Assembly (NCBI GenBank): GCA_964481655.1
Contig: CAYZVO010000015.1
Location: 789 to 64,788, forward strand
DNA length: 64,000 nt
Origin: an uncultured Enterobacterales bacterium
Lineage (GTDB): Bacteria; Myxococcota_A; UBA796; JAFGLY01
Reading direction: 5' to 3'
Every line of letters begins with the position of its first letter. Positions within the stretch are counted from its first letter, which is position 1. Shown here in pieces: positions 59,158-64,000 of the stretch. The position numbers and the translations under genes are program-made. The notes under the pieces were generated by a model, which saw only the letters and a program-made list of their open reading frames with translations, made no database searches and was not told the origin of the DNA.

Positions 59158-61035
59158 TCAGTCGCGATCGTAGTCGTAGCCCACCGCCGTGTCCCGGTAG
59201 GGCGAGGCGGTCTCGCGGTAGTTGCTGCTCATCCCGTCCACCTTCTGGGGGGCGTAGGCGTACATGGCCTCCATCGTCGCGATCCCCGCCAGCAGGCTGT
59301 CCCGGGCCTCGACGGGCTGGCCGGCTTCGGCCAGGGCCAGGCCCAGGGCGACCTGCAGCTCCGGGCGGCCGGGCGCGGCGTCCACGGCGTCCCGCAGCAG
59401 GGGCAGCGCGGCGCTTGCGCGGCCGTCGTACATCAGCTCCAGGGCCTCGTCGAGCAGGGCCTCGGCCCGGGGACCGCCCGGCGATCCCAGCTCACCGATC
59501 CGGCGGATGAGGGCCCGCAGGGAGCCCCGCTCGGCGTCGAGATCCCGCCGCGCCCAGTGCAGGAAGGCGGCGCGCTCCCGGGGGCTGATGGGCTGGTCCT
59601 CGAGCTCGGCGCGGGTGGCGGCGTCGATGGTCCAGGTGGCCAGGACCTCGAGCTCGGCATGCTTGGGCAGCACCCGCTCGAGGGCCTTGTTGCGGCGGGC
59701 GTGGACGTCCAGCCAGTGGCGGGTCGGGTCCTGGATCAGGTCGCCGCCGTCGATGATCCAGGTGTCCAGGAAGCGCTCGGCGTTGGGCAGGTGGTAGAGC
59801 ACGGCGCCGTCTTCGCCGTCGGCCAGGGCCAGCTCGGACAGCTGCAGGTGGGCCATGGAGCGGTAGGTCCGCAGGGTGTGCAGCCCGTAGTAGCCCCACA
59901 GCGCCGGGCTGCAGGCCACGGCCCAGGCGATGGCGATCAGCGCCGTGAGCGCGGGCACTACAGGCCGCGGTCGGCGCAGCAGGTCCCCGGCGCGCTCCGC
60001 CAGCCAGGTGCCGCCCGCGCCCGCGAACAGCAGCAGCATGGGCACCGTGAACATCAGGTGCTCGGCGTCGAAGGCGTCCCGGGTGCGCAGGGCGAAGGCG
60101 CCCCCAAGGGGCAGGCCCACGTGGGTGAGCAGCAGCAGCGCCTCGGGCCGCTTGCGGGCGGCGGTGACGGCCAGTCCGACCACCAGCAGGGCTGCGAACA
60201 GCCAGACCGCAGGCCCGGGCCCGGGGCCGTACAGGCCCAGCAGCTCGAGGGCGAAGTCGAGGTCGGCGTACAGCCGCGGGGTGGCCCAGCGCCCGATGCC
60301 CACCCCGTCGTTGTTCACCACCGTGCGGAAGAAGATGGGCAGATAGGGCAGGTAGCCCAGCACCACCACGCCCGTGGAGACCCCCAGCCCGGTGAGCACC
60401 CGGCGGCGCAGGGGGGGCTGGCGGGCGATCACCACCAGGGCCCAGGCGATGTTCGAGGCGATGAGCAGGGCCGTGTAGAACTGGTTGTACAAGGACAGCA
60501 GGGAGAGCAGCGCCAGGCCCGCGATGGACCAGACGTCGCCCCGCTTCAGCAGCCGCTGCAGGCACCACAGGGTGCCCAGGCCCAGCAGCACCATGCAGGG
60601 GTAGAACTTGGCCAGCTGGGACTGGAAGACGTGCATCGGGGCGAAGGTCAGCAGGGCGCAGGCCAGCAGGGCGGCGCGCTGGCCGAACCAGCGCCGACCG
60701 ACGACGTAGAGCACCGGCACCGCCGCGACCCCGCACAGCAGCCCCGGCAGCCGCAGCCCCAGGGCCGTGGGCAGGACCTCGAGCACCACGCTCTGCATGG
60801 CGTAGGTCAGCGGGATCATGAACAGGCCGTAGGGCGGCGGCGGCGTGAACAGCTCCAGCACGCCGAACTGAGCGGCCAGGAAGCTGTTGGTCTCGGTGCC
60901 CACCAGGGGGCGCGCGGCCACATCCAGGAAGCGCAGCAGCGCGGCGACGGCCGTCAGCCCCAGCACCACCGCCCACGGCACCAGCCGAGGGGAGCCATCG
61001 CTCTGGGGGGGCGGGTGCTGGTCGGTGGTGGTCAT
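59158..61035 (-). CDS. putative GT-C fold membrane glycosyltransferase (family 39/ArnT/PMT_2-like) with C-terminal TPR-like region
   Basis: 625 aa. N-terminal polytopic region with ArnT-like layout (LRFLDVAARPL...FLAAQFG...RLPGLLCGVAAVPVLYVVGRRWFG). C-terminal helical repeats. The usual DE/DxD in loop 1 is not obvious, so the family call is tentative. Confidence 0.55.
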   Translation of the reverse strand: MTTTDQHPPPQSDGSPRLVPWAVVLGLTAVAALLRFLDVAARPLVGTETNSFLAAQFGVLELFTPPPPYGLFMIPLTYAMQSVVLEVLPTALGLRLPGLLCGVAAVPVLYVVGRRWFGQRAALLACALLTFAPMHVFQSQLAKFYPCMVLLGLGTLWCLQRLLKRGDVWSIAGLALLSLLSLYNQFYTALLIASNIAWALVVIARQPPLRRRVLTGLGVSTGVVVLGYLPYLPIFFRTVVNNDGVGIGRWATPRLYADLDFALELLGLYGPGPGPAVWLFAALLVVGLAVTAARKRPEALLLLTHVGLPLGGAFALRTRDAFDAEHLMFTVPMLLLFAGAGGTWLAERAGDLLRRPRPVVPALTALIAIAWAVACSPALWGYYGLHTLRTYRSMAHLQLSELALADGEDGAVLYHLPNAERFLDTWIIDGGDLIQDPTRHWLDVHARRNKALERVLPKHAELEVLATWTIDAATRAELEDQPISPRERAAFLHWARRDLDAERGSLRALIRRIGELGSPGGPRAEALLDEALELMYDGRASAALPLLRDAVDAAPGRPELQVALGLALAEAGQPVEARDSLLAGIATMEAMYAYAPQKVDGMSSNYRETASPYRDTAVGYDYDRD

Positions 61036-63371
61036 GGCGCCGGCTCCGCGGCGCGCTCCGGGGGCCGCAGGGTCAGCAGCCTATCGCCTGCGGCGATCAG
61101 GAGCCGTCCGCCCCGGGCGTCCCAGGCGATGGCGGCGATGGGGTCCTTCCCCAACGGGCTGTCGCCGGCCTGGTGGCAGGTGGTCTCGCCGTCGATGCCC
61201 GTGCCGCACAGGGCCGCGCCGCTGGCGTGCCAGTGGCGGCCGTGGGGATCGGTCAGGCTGGTGCGCGGGGTGCCGCGGCAGCCGTGCGCGTCCTCGCTGC
61301 GGGGTGGTCCGGCGCGGGCGGCGATCCGCCAGCCCTGCTCGGTGCGCTCGAAGCCCACCGTGTCCTCGGCCGCCGACGCCTCGCCCCCGCGGTCGCGGAC
61401 CCGGGTCCAGGCCATGCCGCCGTTGGGCTCGACGCACCAGGCCGCGCCGGGCTGGCGAGCCTCGACCAGGAAGTACTTCACATCGACCGTGGTGACGCGC
61501 TCCATGCGCTCGAGCTCGACCTGGCTCCAGCCGCCGGCGAGGATCCGCTCCTCGAGGCGCAGGATGCTGGAGTCGCCGTCGTCCACCCGCACCCGGTGCC
61601 CGAGGCTGTCCACGGAGAGCCCGACGGCGTCGCCGGAGACCGAGGAGGTCGTGCGCAGCACCGTGATCTCGGCGCCGTCGGGGTACTCGTCCAGGTCCCG
61701 GGGGGACATGACCTCGCCCACTCGCTGGCGGAGCAGGGACAGCAGGTGGAACTCGGCGAAGCCGATGTCGTCGTCGCTGGTCCTGGCCGCGATCCATGCG
61801 TCGGCGTCGACCTCCTCGGCCAGCGTGATGGCGAGGTCGACCTCGCGGTTGGAAGAGGCCGAGATGGCGTCCAGATCGTGCACAGCGAGGAAGCGTCCCA
61901 GCTGCTGTGCGGTGGCACCCAGCTGGGCTCCGGCGCAGCCCAGCAGGTAGGCCAGCGCCAGCCCGGCGAGCGCCCACTGCCAGCGGGGCCGGCGCCCGGC
62001 GTCCTCGCGACGCCCCCCCAGCAGCAGGGCGGCGAGCAGCCACAACACCGGCACCACCGGCAGCATGGCCTCCACCCGCTTGTAGGTGGTCAGGGCGAAG
62101 AAGATCAGGTGGATCCAGACGAAGGCGGTGGGCACGAGCCAGGCCACCGGGCGCCCCCGGTGCAGCGCGAGCGCGGAGGCGGCCGCCAGCGCGGCGAGGG
62201 CCAGCAGGCCCTGACCCCAGTGGGTGAAGTAGCGCACGGCGAAGTGGCCCTTGCGCACCCAGACGCCGTCTTCGGCGAACTCGAAGGGGGCGCTGTTGGT
62301 GACCAGCAGCTTCGCGTAGAGCAGCGGCTCCAGCCCTCCGCCCGTGATCCCCACCTGGCCGGCGACCACCTCGGCCGCGTTCCAGCTGTGCTGCAGCTGC
62401 AGCGCCGCGGTGGGCAGGGTCAACAGCGCGAAGACGGCGGCCCCTGGCCACCACCACAGCAGCCGTCGGCGTTCGGGGCTGCTCCAGGCCCACAGCACCA
62501 GCTCGAGGGCCAGCGCGGCGCTCAGCGCCATGCCCACGTTGTAGCGGCACCAGGTGCACAGCCACAGCAGCGCGCCCAGCGCGGCCGCGAGGCCCATGGC
62601 GCGTCCCCGGGCCTGGGCCAGCCAGGCGCCCCGCAGGCCCGCGTGGGCCCACAGCGCCCCGAACAGCAGGGCCATGGCCACCAGGTCCTCCGGGGTCTCG
62701 CCGGCGAAGAGGCACTGCAGCACGAAGGGGCAAGACAGGGCCAGCATGGCCAGGGCGGCCTGGGACACCGCGCTCACCCGCCCCTGCCAGGCGCGCAGGA
62801 TGCCCGAACCCGCCACCAGCACCGCGGCCGTGCACAGGAAGTACAGGGCCCGTAGGGCCTGCAAGGTGTCCAGCCCCAGGGGCCGGAGCGCGGTCTCGGT
62901 GAGGCCCGCGAGCAGCACGGTCACGAAGGGGTGCTTGCGCGGCTCGAAGAGGATGGCGAGCAGCTCGCCGAGCCTGCCTGCGCTGATGGCGTCGGCCACC
63001 GCGGCGCTGGGCGCGAGGTACTCGACCTCGTGGGGGTTCACCAGATCGAAGCCGTGCCAGGGCAGGGGACCCCACCACAGGGCGGCCAGCGCGGCCAGGC
63101 CCGCCAGCAGGGGCAGCGATCGTGTCGTGGCCGCGATCAGGGTCCGAGCGCTCCGATGATCCGCGCGACAGTACGGGAACCGAGGAAGCCGTAACAGAGA
63201 TCGCCGTGCAGGTGCCCGTCGGAGCTCGGTTGGGCGCGCCGGGGCCGCGTCCGGTAGGATTCCTTGCAGCCCCTCCCGGACCCCGATGCCCGCTCCACGC
63301 TCCCCCCTGCCGCTGCGTCGCCGCCTCTTGCTCGGGGCGGTGGTGAGCGTGGCTGCGCTGCTCATCGCCAT
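61032..63371 (-). CDS. large polytopic membrane protein with soluble C-terminal domain (function unknown); start uncertain
   Basis: Its stop overlaps the ATG of the next gene (ATGA). The hydrophobic core starts at LPLLAGLAALAALWW. The longest ATG ORF (63371) overlaps the divergent gene by 86 nt, and GC3 drops between about 63145 and 63200. Alternative starts are CTG 63140 (GGAG 10 nt upstream) or GTG 63041. Confidence 0.5.
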   Translation of the reverse strand: MAMSSAATLTTAPSKRRRRSGRGERGAGIGVREGLQGILPDAAPARPTELRRAPARRSLLRLPRFPYCRADHRSARTLIAATTRSLPLLAGLAALAALWWGPLPWHGFDLVNPHEVEYLAPSAAVADAISAGRLGELLAILFEPRKHPFVTVLLAGLTETALRPLGLDTLQALRALYFLCTAAVLVAGSGILRAWQGRVSAVSQAALAMLALSCPFVLQCLFAGETPEDLVAMALLFGALWAHAGLRGAWLAQARGRAMGLAAALGALLWLCTWCRYNVGMALSAALALELVLWAWSSPERRRLLWWWPGAAVFALLTLPTAALQLQHSWNAAEVVAGQVGITGGGLEPLLYAKLLVTNSAPFEFAEDGVWVRKGHFAVRYFTHWGQGLLALAALAAASALALHRGRPVAWLVPTAFVWIHLIFFALTTYKRVEAMLPVVPVLWLLAALLLGGRREDAGRRPRWQWALAGLALAYLLGCAGAQLGATAQQLGRFLAVHDLDAISASSNREVDLAITLAEEVDADAWIAARTSDDDIGFAEFHLLSLLRQRVGEVMSPRDLDEYPDGAEITVLRTTSSVSGDAVGLSVDSLGHRVRVDDGDSSILRLEERILAGGWSQVELERMERVTTVDVKYFLVEARQPGAAWCVEPNGGMAWTRVRDRGGEASAAEDTVGFERTEQGWRIAARAGPPRSEDAHGCRGTPRTSLTDPHGRHWHASGAALCGTGIDGETTCHQAGDSPLGKDPIAAIAWDARGGRLLIAAGDRLLTLRPPERAAEPAP

Positions 63372-64000
63372 CGCTGGCGCCGAGCTGGCCGTGCGGCTGC
63401 TGGGGGTCCCCGAGCGGGTCTATCCGGACTATCGAGTGGTCACCGCCCAGCTGGACGGCGCCATCCTCGAGCACAACTTCCTGCAGCCCCACCCCACGCG
63501 CCTGTGGCAGAACACACCGGGGAAGGGCGAGGTGGATGCGCGGGGCTACCGCCGGACCCTCCAGCCCGAGCCCACCGGGGACGCGCTGCGGGTGCTCTTT
63601 CTGGGGGACTCGGTCACCTATGGTCACGACGCCGCCTGGGACGAGAGCCTGCCCTCGGCGGCGGCCCGACTCGCAGGCGGGCGGGTCGTCAGCGTCAACG
63701 CCGGCGTGGTGGGGTACTCGTCCTTTCAGGGCCTGCAGACCCTGCGGGTGGACCGCCCCCACCGGGACGCCGACGTGGTGGTGGTCAGCTTCTACCAGAA
63801 CGACGAGGACGAGGGCTGCCTGCACGACGTGCAGCTGTACGAGCACAACCGCCGGCTGCTGCGCACCGACAGCCTGCTGGCCGGCTCCCGGCTGCACAAC
63901 CTCTGGGCCCTGCGCCGGCTGTCCCGGGAGGAGGCGCGCAGCCTGATGCAGCCCCACTGCGACGACGGGCAGCTGCTGCGGGTCCCCCCCGAGGACTTCA
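63286..64000 (+). CDS. SGNH/GDSL hydrolase family protein, membrane-anchored; 3' end outside the window
   Basis: Not in the ORF track because there is no stop inside the window. My manual translation from ATG 63286 is open to nt 64000: MPAPRSPLPLRRRLLLGAVVSVAALLIAIAG..., with block I LFLGDSVTYG and block II NAGVVGYSS. Confidence 0.7.
   Translation, partial: MPAPRSPLPLRRRLLLGAVVSVAALLIAIAGAELAVRLLGVPERVYPDYRVVTAQLDGAILEHNFLQPHPTRLWQNTPGKGEVDARGYRRTLQPEPTGDALRVLFLGDSVTYGHDAAWDESLPSAAARLAGGRVVSVNAGVVGYSSFQGLQTLRVDRPHRDADVVVVSFYQNDEDEGCLHDVQLYEHNRRLLRTDSLLAGSRLHNLWALRRLSREEARSLMQPHCDDGQLLRVPPEDF

Noticed and set aside
57049-61950. 1633-aa plus-strand ORF, the longest in the track
   Set aside because: It is antisense to three minus-strand membrane-protein genes whose hydrophobic periodicity and ATGA couplings are convincing. 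The translated product is Gly/Gln/Arg/Pro/Ala-rich without structure-like patterns.
63251-63266. Sigma-54-like element (GG ... TTGCA) upstream of the SGNH gene at 63286
   Set aside because: The GG-to-GC spacing is 11 rather than 10 nt, and the -24 hexamer is poor (GGTAGG). Sigma-54 promoters tolerate spacing changes badly.
61081-63957. 958-aa minus-strand ORF in another frame over 61032..63371 and the SGNH gene
   Set aside because: It has a poly-Arg/Pro/Gly composition. It conflicts with the membrane-protein frame and with the plus-strand GDSL-motif frame.

Overview
Very GC-rich window (about 70% by eye), densely coding, with no rRNA, tRNA, CRISPR array, transposase or integrase that I can recognise. 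All family calls rest on motifs read by eye from the translations, because no searches were run.

The source is probably a member of Myxococcota, possibly a marine Nannocystineae-type organism. The evidence is two proteins ending in MYXO-CTERM-like tags (GCGC...hydrophobic...RRR), many lipoproteins with acidic DTDADTD linkers, MopE-type 'putative metal-binding' repeats, and a perfect sigma-54 promoter.

I call 46 CDS:
- 1144-2761: a translationally coupled pair of RlaP-type nucleotidyltransferases.
- 2805-4121: an exported CotH-like kinase.
- 4134-4826: ubiE/menG.
- 6615-16242: an MdtABC-like RND efflux operon (adaptor, two pumps, TolC). The adaptor and the first pump carry the same odd acidic insertion.
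- 16582-19475: an esterase, then a TetR-regulated fused flavodoxin / iron-sulfur-flavoprotein-like reductase.
- 22356-23816: a PilZ-like protein with a Mu-gpF-like zinc knuckle.
- 24016-39087: the most striking locus. It is a 15-kb, nine-gene, same-strand operon in which every product is a predicted lipoprotein. The products are two beta-helix proteins, a fibrinogen-like YCDxxxxGGGW protein, two MopE/FG-GAP proteins, two FG-GAP propeller/CARDB proteins, a glycoside-hydrolase-like TIM barrel and a CBM. The operon contains an internal ~5.5-kb tandem duplication and a recurring 'CGPGTHLEDGxCV + (DTDAD)n' leader.
- 39788-43186: a TonB-dependent receptor plus two lipoproteins.
- 50913-44648, minus strand: two glycine-zipper membrane paralogs, a beta-propeller lipoprotein and a MYXO-CTERM protein.
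- 63371-55247, minus strand: three large polytopic GT-C-like membrane proteins translationally coupled to a B12-binding radical SAM enzyme.

Many very long ORFs in the track are antisense or alternate-frame artefacts of the high GC content, and I rejected them.
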